Shown: one piece after another, positions 1 to 7,957 of the stretch | Position numbering within the stretch: position 1 is the stretch's first letter | Layout of the letters: every line of letters begins with the position of its first letter | NCBI GenBank assembly: GCA_022710715.1 | Contig: JAKLGJ010000001.1 | Span: forward strand, 554,041-618,040 | DNA from: Candidatus Omnitrophota bacterium | GTDB taxonomy: Bacteria; Omnitrophota; Gorgyraeia; Gygaellales; Profunditerraquicolaceae | Length of the DNA stretch: 64,000 nucleotides | Direction of reading: 5' to 3' | Program-made: the position numbers and the translations under genes | Notes under the pieces: generated by a model | Databases searched by the model: none | Seen by the model: the letters and a program-made list of their open reading frames with translations, nothing else | What the model was told of the DNA's origin: nothing

Positions 1-1013
1 TTTTCCAGTTCCTCGATCGCCTTGCGCACGCGCGGCTCGTCCTTGTGACCTTCCAGGTCGACGAAAAAGTAGTATTCCCAGGCTTTTTTCTTGAACGGCC
101 GGGATTCGATCTTGCTCAAGTTAACGTGGTGTTTCTTGAAAGGAACGAGCATATCGTGCAGCGCGCCCACCTTATCTCTGATCGAGAATAACAGCGACGT
201 TTTGTCCTTTCCGGTCCGGCCGGCCACGGTTTTGCCGATCACCAGGAACCGGGTGATATTATGCGGCGAATCCTCGATGCTGCGGGCAACCACGCGCAGA
301 TGATAGAGCTTCGCCGCGAGCAGCGAAGCGATCGCGGCGGATTTCTGTTGTCTGGCGGCGATCTGGGCGGCGCGGCTGGTGCTGGAAACCTCGATTAATT
401 CGACCGACGGCATATTCCGCTGCAGCCAGAGGCGGCACTGGCCGAATACCTGGGGCATGGAATAAATCGTGCGGATCGCGTTCTTGTCGTGCCGCGAAAG
501 TAAATTCTGCGAAATATCGAGGACGACCTGCGCGCAGATATTGAGGTCCGAATCCACGAACATGTCCAGGGTGTGATTGACCGCTCCTTCGATGGAATTT
601 TCTATCGGCACGACGCCGTAATCGGCGTTGTTCTTTTCCACTTCGGTAAAAATATCGGTTATGTTATCGCAGGGCAGATACCGTACCTGCGATCCGAATC
701 GTTTTAATGCCGCCTGATGCGTGAATGTGGATTCCGGGCCGAGATAAGCGATCTGGAGCGGTTTTTCCAGCGCCAGGCTGGAAGACATGATCTCGCGGTA
801 AATAGCCTGTAACGCTTCTGCCGGCAGCGGACCGCCGTTGACCGCGGCGATCTTTTCCAGGACCTGTCGCTCTCTCTCCGGGACATAGATGCTTTTCCCC
901 GAGCGAAGCTTCTGATGCGCTACTTTAAGAATAATGTTAGCGCGCTGATTCAACAGACGTACGATCCGGGTATCGGTCAGATCAACTTGTTTGCGTAGTT
1001 TCTCCAGTGACAT
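1..1013 (-). CDS. pheA: bifunctional chorismate mutase / prephenate dehydratase (P-protein); C-terminal end runs off the window
   Basis: Minus-strand translation from the ATG at 1013-1011 gives MSLEKLRKQVDLTDTRIVRLLNQRANI... (chorismate mutase N-domain). It ends in an ACT domain ...VGALHDMLVPFKKHHVNLSKIESRPFKKKAWEYYFFVDLEGH... with no stop before position 1. It is absent from the ORF track because it is open at the edge. Confidence 0.85.
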   Translation of the reverse strand, partial: MSLEKLRKQVDLTDTRIVRLLNQRANIILKVAHQKLRSGKSIYVPERERQVLEKIAAVNGGPLPAEALQAIYREIMSSSLALEKPLQIAYLGPESTFTHQAALKRFGSQVRYLPCDNITDIFTEVEKNNADYGVVPIENSIEGAVNHTLDMFVDSDLNICAQVVLDISQNLLSRHDKNAIRTIYSMPQVFGQCRLWLQRNMPSVELIEVSSTSRAAQIAARQQKSAAIASLLAAKLYHLRVVARSIEDSPHNITRFLVIGKTVAGRTGKDKTSLLFSIRDKVGALHDMLVPFKKHHVNLSKIESRPFKKKAWEYYFFVDLEGHKDEPRVRKAIEELE

Positions 1014-1614
1014 GATGTTCCTCTTGGGTTTCCGCGGGTTCCTCGATCTTTTCGATCAGGGCGTCCTGCGTGCTGATTTCCGCTCCGGCCGGAACCGGAA
1101 AATTCTCGATCTTGGGAAGTTCTTCCAGCGATTTGAGGCCGAAATATTCCAGGAATTGCCGGCTCGTTCCGTATACTTTCGGCCGGCCCGGCGCTTTCTT
1201 CCTGCCCACCACCCGGATCACGTTACGTTCCAGCAGGGTATGCATTACCCCGTCGACATTCACTTTGCGCAGAGATTCGATATCCAGCTTCGAGAGCGGC
1301 TGCTTATAGGCGATAATGGCCAGTGTTTCCAGCGCGGATCTGGACATCTTGTCCGAATGCTGCGGTCCGCGGAACAATTTTTTCAAAAAAGTGGCGAAAT
1401 GCGGGCAGGCGATCATCTGGAATCCGCCTGCGACTTCGTAGATGCGGATGCCCCGGTTGTAGCGCTCATAATCCGCTTTGAGTTCCTCCAGCACGGCGCG
1501 GATCTTATCGGCTTCGAGGTTGTCCAGCACCCGGCGGATCTGTTCGATCAGTAACGGTTTTTCGCTGGCGAAAAGAAGCGCTTCAATGACTGCTTTGAGG
1601 TTGTCCGATTCCAT
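982..1614 (-). CDS. scpB: segregation and condensation protein B
   Basis: 210-aa ORF with the ScpB winged-helix signature (MESDNLKAVIEALLFASEKPL...GGFQMIACPHFATFLKKL...). ATG confirmed at 1614. It overlaps the pheA start by 32 nt. Confidence 0.85.
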   Translation of the reverse strand: MESDNLKAVIEALLFASEKPLLIEQIRRVLDNLEADKIRAVLEELKADYERYNRGIRIYEVAGGFQMIACPHFATFLKKLFRGPQHSDKMSRSALETLAIIAYKQPLSKLDIESLRKVNVDGVMHTLLERNVIRVVGRKKAPGRPKVYGTSRQFLEYFGLKSLEELPKIENFPVPAGAEISTQDALIEKIEEPAETQEEHHVTGETTQTS

Positions 1615-2237
1615 CAGATCGTCTTCCTTTGTTTGTATACTTCGTTCAAGAGTTCTTCAGTGCTGGTGATGGCAGGATTCAGTTCCTGCGCTTTCTTCAT
1701 CATGGCTGCCGCTTCGTTCTTCTTGTATCCCAGCTGCATCAATACCGCCAGCGCTTCATCGGTGTAATCGGGAGCGCTGGGCAAAGCGCCTGCCCGGGTA
1801 TCGCGCATCAAACCGAATTTACCGACCTTGTTCTGCAATTTAGCGATGATCTCCTTGGCGCGCTGCTGGCCTATGCCGGGTAATGATCTTAAAAAAGCCG
1901 CGTCGCCTTCATCGATGGCTTTGGCGATCTGCGAGATCGGCTGGTTCAGGGCGCGCACCGCTGCGCGGGGGCCGATGCCCGAAACCGTGATGAACGCTTC
2001 GAAGAATTCTTTCTCAATATCGTTCAAGAATCCGATCAAAACCGGGAAACTGCGCGAAGGCTCGACCTGGTAATAATGAAAGGTAACCAGCTCTATCGTG
2101 CCGTCAGGCCGGATATGATCCGGTAACCGCTGCATGCTGGAAGCGGGCAGCAGGACCTGATACGTCAGGCCGCTGTTCTCGATGAGCAGGTAGTTTTGTC
2201 TCTGTTCCACTATTTTGCCGCCGATGCGCGCGATCAT
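1614..2237 (-). CDS. ruvA: Holliday junction DNA helicase RuvA
   Basis: 207 aa, MIARIGGKIVEQ...ITVSGIGPRAAVRAL... RuvA domains. Sits in the conserved yebC-ruvC-ruvA arrangement. Confidence 0.9.
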   Translation of the reverse strand: MIARIGGKIVEQRQNYLLIENSGLTYQVLLPASSMQRLPDHIRPDGTIELVTFHYYQVEPSRSFPVLIGFLNDIEKEFFEAFITVSGIGPRAAVRALNQPISQIAKAIDEGDAAFLRSLPGIGQQRAKEIIAKLQNKVGKFGLMRDTRAGALPSAPDYTDEALAVLMQLGYKKNEAAAMMKKAQELNPAITSTEELLNEVYKQRKTI

Positions 2238-2716
2238 ACTGTTTTTCTGCTCTGATAATGAAAGGTAATGGCTAGCGCGAGAGCGTCGGTGACATCGTTA
2301 TACCGCGGCACCGCCGGTAATCCCAGTAACGAGACCACCATGCGCTGTATCTGGGCTTTGGAAGCTTGTCCGCTGCCGATTACCGCTTTTTTTACCTGGG
2401 TAGCGGCGTATTCGACTAAAGGTTTGTTTGCCTGCGCGCAGGCCAGACAGATGCTGCCGCGGGCCTGTCCGAGCACAAAAGCGGTTGCGGGATGCTGTGC
2501 GTGCACGAACAGTTTTTCCAGGACAACCGCGTCCGGCTGGTAGGTGCGCATGAGCCGCAGCGTTTCTTCGTAAATGGTCAGCAGTCGCCTGGGGATGCTG
2601 TGTTTCTCCGATGTCCGGATTACCCCGGACGTTACCAGACAGCATTGTTTCCGGCTGCAATCGATGATCCCTATGCCGGTCACGCGTAATGCAGGGTCAA
2701 TACCCAGTATGCGCAT
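2234..2716 (-). CDS. ruvC: crossover junction endodeoxyribonuclease RuvC
   Basis: 160 aa, MRILGIDPALRVTGIGIID... RNase H-fold resolvase with catalytic acidic residues. 4-nt overlap with ruvA. Confidence 0.9.
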   Translation of the reverse strand: MRILGIDPALRVTGIGIIDCSRKQCCLVTSGVIRTSEKHSIPRRLLTIYEETLRLMRTYQPDAVVLEKLFVHAQHPATAFVLGQARGSICLACAQANKPLVEYAATQVKKAVIGSGQASKAQIQRMVVSLLGLPAVPRYNDVTDALALAITFHYQSRKTV

Positions 2717-2718
2717 GG

Positions 2719-3477
2719 TTATTCCGCTTCGGCTTCAGCCTCGATCTTAGCCAGGATCTCGCCGGGAATATCAGAATTGTCATAGACATTCTGGACGTCG
2801 TCATGCTCTTCCAGCGCTTCGGTCAGGGTCAGCAAAGAGCGTGAATCGGATTCGTTCAGGGTGATGGTCGATGAAGGGACCTGCGTCACTTCCGCGGTCT
2901 CCCAGGCGATGTTCTTAGCCTGCAATGCGGCTTTCACCTGCTCGAGGTTCTGCGGGATGGAATAAATCTCATAGACGTCGCCTTCCGACCGCATGTCTTC
3001 CGCTCCGGCATCCAGGACGATATTCATCAGCTCATCTTCGCCGATCTTCGATTTGTCAACGGCAATATACCCTTTCATGCTGAACATCCAGCTGACGGAA
3101 CCGCCGAGCGAACCGTTCTTTTTGGAAAGGATATTGCGGATTTCCGCGGTCGTGCGGTTTTTGTTGTCCGTGATCGCCTCGATCATTACCGCGACGCCGC
3201 CGGGGCCGAAGCCTTCGTACATGACCGTCTCGTACACGACGCCCGGCAATTCTCCGGTGCCGCGTTTGACCGCCATCTTGACGTTATCCTGCGGCATGTT
3301 ATTTTCGCGTGCGCGGGCGATCGCCGTGCGCAACTTGGCGTTGGTGTCGGGATTCCCGCCGCTCTCGCGCGCGGCAACGGTAATCTCCTTGATCAGCTTG
3401 GTGAATATTGCTCCCCTCTTTGCGTCCGCGACGGACTTCTTGCCTTTATTCGTCTTCCATTTAGAATGACCTGACAT
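2719..3477 (-). CDS. YebC/PmpR family DNA-binding transcriptional regulator
   Basis: 252 aa, MSGHSKWKTNKGKKSVADAKRGAIFTKL... is the canonical YebC N-terminus. Confidence 0.9.
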   Translation of the reverse strand: MSGHSKWKTNKGKKSVADAKRGAIFTKLIKEITVAARESGGNPDTNAKLRTAIARARENNMPQDNVKMAVKRGTGELPGVVYETVMYEGFGPGGVAVMIEAITDNKNRTTAEIRNILSKKNGSLGGSVSWMFSMKGYIAVDKSKIGEDELMNIVLDAGAEDMRSEGDVYEIYSIPQNLEQVKAALQAKNIAWETAEVTQVPSSTITLNESDSRSLLTLTEALEEHDDVQNVYDNSDIPGEILAKIEAEAEAE

Positions 3478-3523
3478 GTGCCTCCTCCTTACGATAGGTA
3501 ACTGGTTAGTGAATGAAGAAATG

Positions 3524-3890
3524 CTCTCAAGGCAAGTAGCGTAAGCCGAGTTCTGTCTGGAGTGGTTATTCCTCTCGACCCCGGGGTTACCCGCCGGGGC
3601 TTTAGCAGCCTACCCGAAACTGATAACGGGACGAGCCATCCCATCGTTTCCTATTCGGCCTTGCTCCGCGTAGAGATTGCGACGTTTCACTTCGGCCGGG
3701 GACGTTCCCCAAGGTACCACCCCTGGTACAGGGGTGGTACCTTGGGGAACGTCCCCGACTTATTCGTCTCTGTAGCTCTGATCCTCGCAGAAAACTCTGC
3801 GGGCAGGATGTTATCCGCTACGCTGCTCTCTGGAGCTCGGACTTTCCTCCCCGTTCGCACGGGGCAACCACTGCTACTTACCTTTGAGAA
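3524..3890 (-). ncRNA. rnpB: RNase P RNA, bacterial type A
   Basis: Reverse complement contains GGAGGAAAGUCCGAGCUCC (P4 5' strand), GGAGCAAGGCCGAAUAGG, GGGUAGGCUGCU and ACAGAACUCGGCUUA (P4 3' strand). These match the E. coli M1 RNA conserved blocks in the same order. P1 is formed by GGUAAGUAGC / GCUACUUGCC. Ends are approximate to a few nt. Confidence 0.8.
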
Positions 3891-4285
3891 CGTTCTGTGA
3901 CTGCGCGCGTTGCCAGTTTATCCGCTCCGGCGTTCTCTTCCCGGGGGATATGGCAAACCGAAACATGTTTGAAGCCGGATATCAGCCGCGTTGCCTGCTC
4001 GAAGAGTCCGCGTATATGCTCGCTTTTGACCTTGTACTGGCGGTTGAGCTGCCGGCAGAGCAATTCGCTGTCGCTCTTGATGGTCAGCTGTTCAGCCTTG
4101 AGCAGCAGACTTTCCTCCAGCGCGGCGATTAATGCCGAATATTCGGCGATATTGTTCGTGGCGGTGCCGATGTACCGTGAGATCGTGCGTATCGATTGGC
4201 CGTCTTTAAGAATTATCACGCCTATACCGCTGGGCCCGGGATTTCCTTTCGAGGCTCCATCGATATAAATGTCGAGCTTATTCAT
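3878..4285 (-). CDS. rnhA: ribonuclease HI
   Basis: 135 aa, MNKLDIYIDGASKGNPGPSGIGVII...NNIAEYSALIAALE... RNase H fold. The last ~4 codons overlap the rnpB P1 5' strand. Confidence 0.8.
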   Translation of the reverse strand: MNKLDIYIDGASKGNPGPSGIGVIILKDGQSIRTISRYIGTATNNIAEYSALIAALEESLLLKAEQLTIKSDSELLCRQLNRQYKVKSEHIRGLFEQATRLISGFKHVSVCHIPREENAGADKLATRAVTERSQR

Positions 4286-5000
4286 GCGGGATAAAGAGAA
4301 TGCGGTTGCAGACTTCGCAGGTAATGATCCGTTCGTACATCTGGATCATGTTGATCACCTGCGGAGGCACCAGCATGTTGCAGCCTGAGCAGGTGTTGTT
4401 CTTCACGGCGACAATGGCCAGCCCTTCGCGGTTTTTCAGGATGCGCTCGTACTGGCTGATGATCGTTTTGTCTATGTCGGGCAGAATCTCTTTGCGCTGC
4501 ACGCCCAGCCGGGCGAGCTGGTCATCTATCTCTTTGATCCGTTGCTCGATCTTCTGTTTCTGCGCGTTAAAGACCCCCTCTTCCGCCTGCAGTTTCTTTT
4601 TCTCTTCCTCTACGGACGACCTGGAGCGTTCGATCTTATCCATGCTTTCCAGGATGCGGTCCTCGATGGTCGAGGCGTCGGCTTTGGCGTCGTTGATCTG
4701 GCCGAGCATGGCCGAATATTCTTTGTTCGTCTTAAGCTGGTATAACTGGGTTTGCAGCTTTTTGACGTTCTCTTCCTGGGTTTGCAGCTCGAGTTCCCGG
4801 TCTTTTTTCTCTTTCTGCGCGTCCAGGTAGCCTTTTTCCTGCGCGGCCAGGTTTTTTTTCTTTTCTTCGAAGGCGTTCTTCAGCGCTTCGATCTCGAGCG
4901 GTTGCGCCCTTTTCTCTTCAGTGAGATCGTATATCTGGCTGTCCACTTCCTGCAAGCGGACCAGCGTTTCCAGCTGCGATTTGAGATTAAGCTGTGCCAC
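4278..5000 (-). CDS. C4 zinc-ribbon / coiled-coil protein (DUF164/COG1579-like)
   Basis: Long coiled-coil followed by a CxxC...CxxC zinc ribbon at the C-terminus (TCSGCNMLVPPQ...CEVCNRIL). The track ORF (start 5069) overlaps tRNA-Val. I moved the start to the in-frame GTG at 5000-4998, which is preceded by AAAGGAAAG. Confidence 0.6.
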   Translation of the reverse strand: MAQLNLKSQLETLVRLQEVDSQIYDLTEEKRAQPLEIEALKNAFEEKKKNLAAQEKGYLDAQKEKKDRELELQTQEENVKKLQTQLYQLKTNKEYSAMLGQINDAKADASTIEDRILESMDKIERSRSSVEEEKKKLQAEEGVFNAQKQKIEQRIKEIDDQLARLGVQRKEILPDIDKTIISQYERILKNREGLAIVAVKNNTCSGCNMLVPPQVINMIQMYERIITCEVCNRILFIPHE

Positions 5001-5032
5001 AGTCTTTCCTTTCGGTAGATGCTGCGTACAAA

Positions 5033-5109
5033 TGGTGGGCGCAATAGGACTTGAACCTATGACCTCCACAATGTGAATGTGGCGCTCTAACCAACTGAGC
5101 CATGCGCCC
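5033..5109 (-). tRNA. tRNA-Val (anticodon CAC), CCA encoded
   Basis: Reverse complement GGGCGCAUGGCUCAGUUGGUUAGAGCGCCACAUUCACAUUGUGGAGGUCAUAGGUUCAAGUCCUAUUGCGCCCACCA folds as a cloverleaf. Anticodon loop is UUCACAU. Confidence 0.85.
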
Positions 5110-5173
5110 GAATCTATTCAACCTCTATATGCCGAGGGCGAAATCAATCGCCGGACCCGCCATGTTCTTCTCT

Positions 5174-5245
5174 TGGGCCCAGGAGGGTTCGAACCTTCGA
5201 CCAAGAGATTATGAGTCTCCTGCTCTTCCGCTGAGCTATGGGCCC
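5174..5245 (-). tRNA. tRNA-Met (anticodon CAU; elongator Met or Ile2-lysidine type), no CCA encoded
   Basis: Reverse complement GGGCCCAUAGCUCAGCGGAAGAGCAGGAGACUCAUAAUCUCUUGGUCGAAGGUUCGAACCCUCCUGGGCCCA. The 1-72 pair is G-C, so it is not an initiator. One A.C mismatch in the T-stem as I read it. Confidence 0.75.
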
Positions 5246-5340
5246 CAAAAGCCGCTCTAACCCTATATGTTCCAGTTATATTTTAGAGTGAAATGCAGGA
5301 TAAAATTATACTATCTTTGGAGGGATTTTGCAAGATAAAA

Positions 5341-5371
5341 AATCAAAAAAGGGTGGCGCGGCAGTCGCCAC
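5341..5371 (-). terminator. putative intrinsic terminator of the 400-aa secreted-protein gene
   Basis: Minus-strand RNA has stem GUGGCG/CGCCAC (loop ACUGCCG) followed by CCCUUUUUUGAUUUUUU, about 75 nt after the stop at 5449. Confidence 0.45.
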
Positions 5372-5448
5372 GCCTATCATGCTGCGATTGCTTGAGTTAA
5401 CGAGTGGACACCCGCGTTCAGATAAAGAAGACTTCGAAAACGATTTTC

Positions 5449-6651
5449 CTAACTTTTATTGAATAATGGATTTTCGGTGATTAAAGGCTGTGAACGGATC
5501 TCGAGAAACTTCTCTGCCAGATCTGCATTGTGCGCTTTCTTTTCTTGTGCCGGATCATCCGGCAGTATGGTTTCTTCTCTCGTCAAAGGTTTACCGAATC
5601 CGGTCGATAGGTAACGGCCGTTGTCGGGGTTATCAGGGTTCAAGGGATCGTGTATATCTATGGTAACTCCTTTATCCCAGCAGCTGGAAGATTTGTACAT
5701 ATTGTATGTGGTTATGTTTCCATAAAGCAGCCGGGTATCTGCTGGTTTCGCAGTTTCGGCCCGATTATCTGCTTGAGACGGCTTGGGTGCTGAAATATCA
5801 GGATAAAAATTATAGGATTGAGCGCTGGCTTCTGTTTTCTGGTCGACGTCGGGCGAGTATGCGGTTGTGCTCTCTGATGCATGTGTCCTGATATACCAGT
5901 TCACTTCTTCCCGGGTGGGAGTATGGTGTATGCTTTCCCAGTATTTCTTTTGAGCGTCAAAAGACTCTTGTATACCATTGCTGGATTGGGCCTGCTGCTG
6001 ATCGGCGGCATATTCCACCAGAGCCTGGGGCTTGCCGTAAGCTCGCCGCTCTTTTCTCAACACCATGTGGGCCCAGTAGGCGTCTTCTGTCATCGTGCCA
6101 TCGGGATTCCTGGCATTTAACAATGCGATGGCTTCGTCCGTAAGTCCTCCGGCAGAAGTCCTGGGAAGCATTTGCCGGGCGCGCTCCATCTTAGCGACCA
6201 CTCCAGCGCTTGTAAGCGTCCCGTCCGGTTTACGGGAAGCTACCAATGCCAGTTGTCCTTGCGAATCCCTTCCGGGGACCTGATCCGGTATGTCGGGAAA
6301 TGGGGATGTTCTCTTGCTTTGCGCAGAAGGCGTTGTTTCGTGCGCGGACTTATCAGATGGCACGATTGGGCTTGTAACCGGATTTCCTTTGCGGTATTCA
6401 GCCAGGATGGCTTCGTCAGTTCTGATCGGGACATTGACCGGGTTGTCCTGATTATATTTGTCCAGCAGTTCATCGTCGGTGTAAACAACAGCTTTTGCGG
6501 GAGGCTCAAATGAACCCGCGCCGGCAGCCATGCACTCGGGATTTATCGGGAATTCGTTCGGGACATCGACTTGAGCCCATGCACTGGCTAAAGCGGCGTT
6601 AAACAACAGGATCAATGCCTGAGATAGAATTTTCATCCTTGCACTGCGCAT
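5449..6651 (-). CDS. secreted hypothetical protein with internal RKPDGTLTSAG / RNPDGTMTED repeats
   Basis: 400 aa. N-terminal signal peptide MKILSQALILLFNAALASAWA. RBS AAGGAGGAG upstream. No recognisable catalytic domain. Monocistronic, with its own promoter, long leader and terminator. Confidence 0.6.
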   Translation of the reverse strand: MRSARMKILSQALILLFNAALASAWAQVDVPNEFPINPECMAAGAGSFEPPAKAVVYTDDELLDKYNQDNPVNVPIRTDEAILAEYRKGNPVTSPIVPSDKSAHETTPSAQSKRTSPFPDIPDQVPGRDSQGQLALVASRKPDGTLTSAGVVAKMERARQMLPRTSAGGLTDEAIALLNARNPDGTMTEDAYWAHMVLRKERRAYGKPQALVEYAADQQQAQSSNGIQESFDAQKKYWESIHHTPTREEVNWYIRTHASESTTAYSPDVDQKTEASAQSYNFYPDISAPKPSQADNRAETAKPADTRLLYGNITTYNMYKSSSCWDKGVTIDIHDPLNPDNPDNGRYLSTGFGKPLTREETILPDDPAQEKKAHNADLAEKFLEIRSQPLITENPLFNKS

Positions 6652-6679
6652 CGACTCCTCCTTGGTTTACGGGAACCGT

Positions 6680-6722
6680 AAAATAAAAAAACCGGATCGC
6701 CTTTTCTTTTTCGGCAACCCGG
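6680..6722 (-). terminator. terminator-like hairpin plus U-tract inside the 5' leader, 28 nt upstream of the 400-aa gene ATG (attenuator candidate)
   Basis: Minus-strand RNA CCGGGUUGCC-GAAAAAGAAAAG-GCGAUCCGG (8/10-bp stem) followed by UUUUUUUAUUUU. It lies downstream of the predicted promoter and directly before the RBS. Confidence 0.4.
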
Positions 6723-6863
6723 ATATAGTTCGGAATTCAAAACTATTTTACCGTGGCTTTCCTGGCCTCACCCCTTCGGTCCGTCTTTATCGATGCCTCT
6801 CCCCCCAAGGTTCGGCTTTATCGATAAGAATCGAGTATTACTGATTTAAATATGTGTGATTTA

Positions 6864-6892
6864 AGTTTACCCTGCGCGGCTGTTGTTTTCAA
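6864..6892 (-). promoter_or_regulatory. predicted sigma70 promoter for the 400-aa secreted-protein gene (TTGAAA-17-TAAACT)
   Basis: Minus strand reads TTGAAAacaacagccgcgcagggTAAACT, 55-80 nt after the stop of the upstream gene. This gives a ~215-nt leader. The leader also contains a 10-bp perfect palindrome TTATCGATAA (6819-6828) and a second CTTTATCGAT copy (6785-6795). Confidence 0.3.
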
Positions 6893-6945
6893 GGGCGTAG
6901 CGGATGGAATCTGTAAACGTTTTCTTGGGCTTGAAGGATGCAAGA

Positions 6946-7287
6946 CTATTGGAAGGAAGGAAGCTCTACTTTGATCTTACCTTGTTCTTCGGGGTTGGAA
7001 ACGACATAGCTGATACTGGAATTCAAATAGGATGACCATTTGTCATTTCGCCCCCTGCGCAGCGGGCCTAACGCGGATTTATCCTGATCGAGACGTTCAT
7101 TCGTTTTGTTGAAAACCATCGAGCGGTAATACACCTGTCCGATAGTCAGGCTGTGCAGGAACGCATTATTCCGGGCGGCAGCCTTAATGTCGTATTCCAG
7201 CAAAGCCGAGACGTTGGTGATAGACATGAAGAATGCCGTGAGCAGCGAAATAATGATGATGAGAGCACTGACTACCAGTCCGAACAT
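6946..7287 (-). CDS. small membrane-anchored protein, last gene of the pseudopilin cluster
   Basis: 113 aa with an N-terminal hydrophobic helix (FGLVVSALIIIISLLTAFF) but no G-F-T-L-I-E prepilin motif. 3-nt gap to the upstream prepilin-like gene. Confidence 0.5.
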   Translation of the reverse strand: MFGLVVSALIIIISLLTAFFMSITNVSALLEYDIKAAARNNAFLHSLTIGQVYYRSMVFNKTNERLDQDKSALGPLRRGRNDKWSSYLNSSISYVVSNPEEQGKIKVELPSFQ

Positions 7288-7290
7288 GGA

Positions 7291-7956
7291 TTACCGCCTT
7301 TTAACGACGTCGATGAACCAGAACCTGACTCCCTGGATCTTTTCCACCGTGGAAGAAACCCCGAACAGATTCTTGCGTTTGCTGTGAGTGGTTACATGCA
7401 CTTTAAAGAAATTCGGGCTCATCGGTTCCTCGGAACTGCCATCGACGGCAGGGGTGAACCGGAAAACGACATCCGCCTGGTATTTTCCTTCGATCAGGAC
7501 TCGTTCGGTGCCGGTATCGACGTTCCGGATCATCAGTGCGCCGCGCAGACCGTCCGGGCATCTCTGGCCTGACGGGCATTTGATGTAATATTCATACCAG
7601 ATATCGTCGCTATTCTCCTCGGGGGTTATGTTGAAGATGTTGCCCTGTCCGCGGAATTTGAAGTTATGCAGCTCTTCCGGTTCGTAACCCGAGAAACTGG
7701 TTTCGTTGTCGATCTCCACCGCGCTGGTGCAACGCAGACTGATGTCCTGCAAGGTGTTGCTGATCTGGGTATGCATGTTAAAACGTTCCATATACAAGCT
7801 TACCTGATGCGCGGTGTGCATGGTCATCCAGTAGATCGCCATGGCGACGGACGGCAGCAGGATCAGCGCGATGAGCATTTCGATCAGACTGAAAGCTTTA
7901 GCCGCTTTTTTACTGCGCGGCCCCGGTTGTGAAAGTCGTTTCTTCTCGTCGATCAT
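7291..7956 (-). CDS. prepilin-type N-terminal cleavage/methylation domain protein (minor pilin / pseudopilin-like)
   Basis: 221 aa. A 21-aa basic leader is followed by AFSLIEMLIALILL, a type IV pilin class III signal with Ala rather than Gly at -1 and Glu at +5. Confidence 0.65.
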   Translation of the reverse strand: MIDEKKRLSQPGPRSKKAAKAFSLIEMLIALILLPSVAMAIYWMTMHTAHQVSLYMERFNMHTQISNTLQDISLRCTSAVEIDNETSFSGYEPEELHNFKFRGQGNIFNITPEENSDDIWYEYYIKCPSGQRCPDGLRGALMIRNVDTGTERVLIEGKYQADVVFRFTPAVDGSSEEPMSPNFFKVHVTTHSKRKNLFGVSSTVEKIQGVRFWFIDVVKRR

Positions 7957-7957
7957 G

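Noticed and set aside
704-886. 60-aa Arg-rich minus-strand ORF
   Set aside because: It lies inside pheA in another frame.
5001-5069. N-terminal 23 codons of the track ORF 4278..5069
   Set aside because: They overlap tRNA-Val on the same strand. The start was moved to the GTG at 5000.
6946-7287. Calling the 113-aa protein a pseudopilin
   Set aside because: It has a hydrophobic N-terminus but no G-F-x-x-x-E class III signal. It was left as a small membrane protein.
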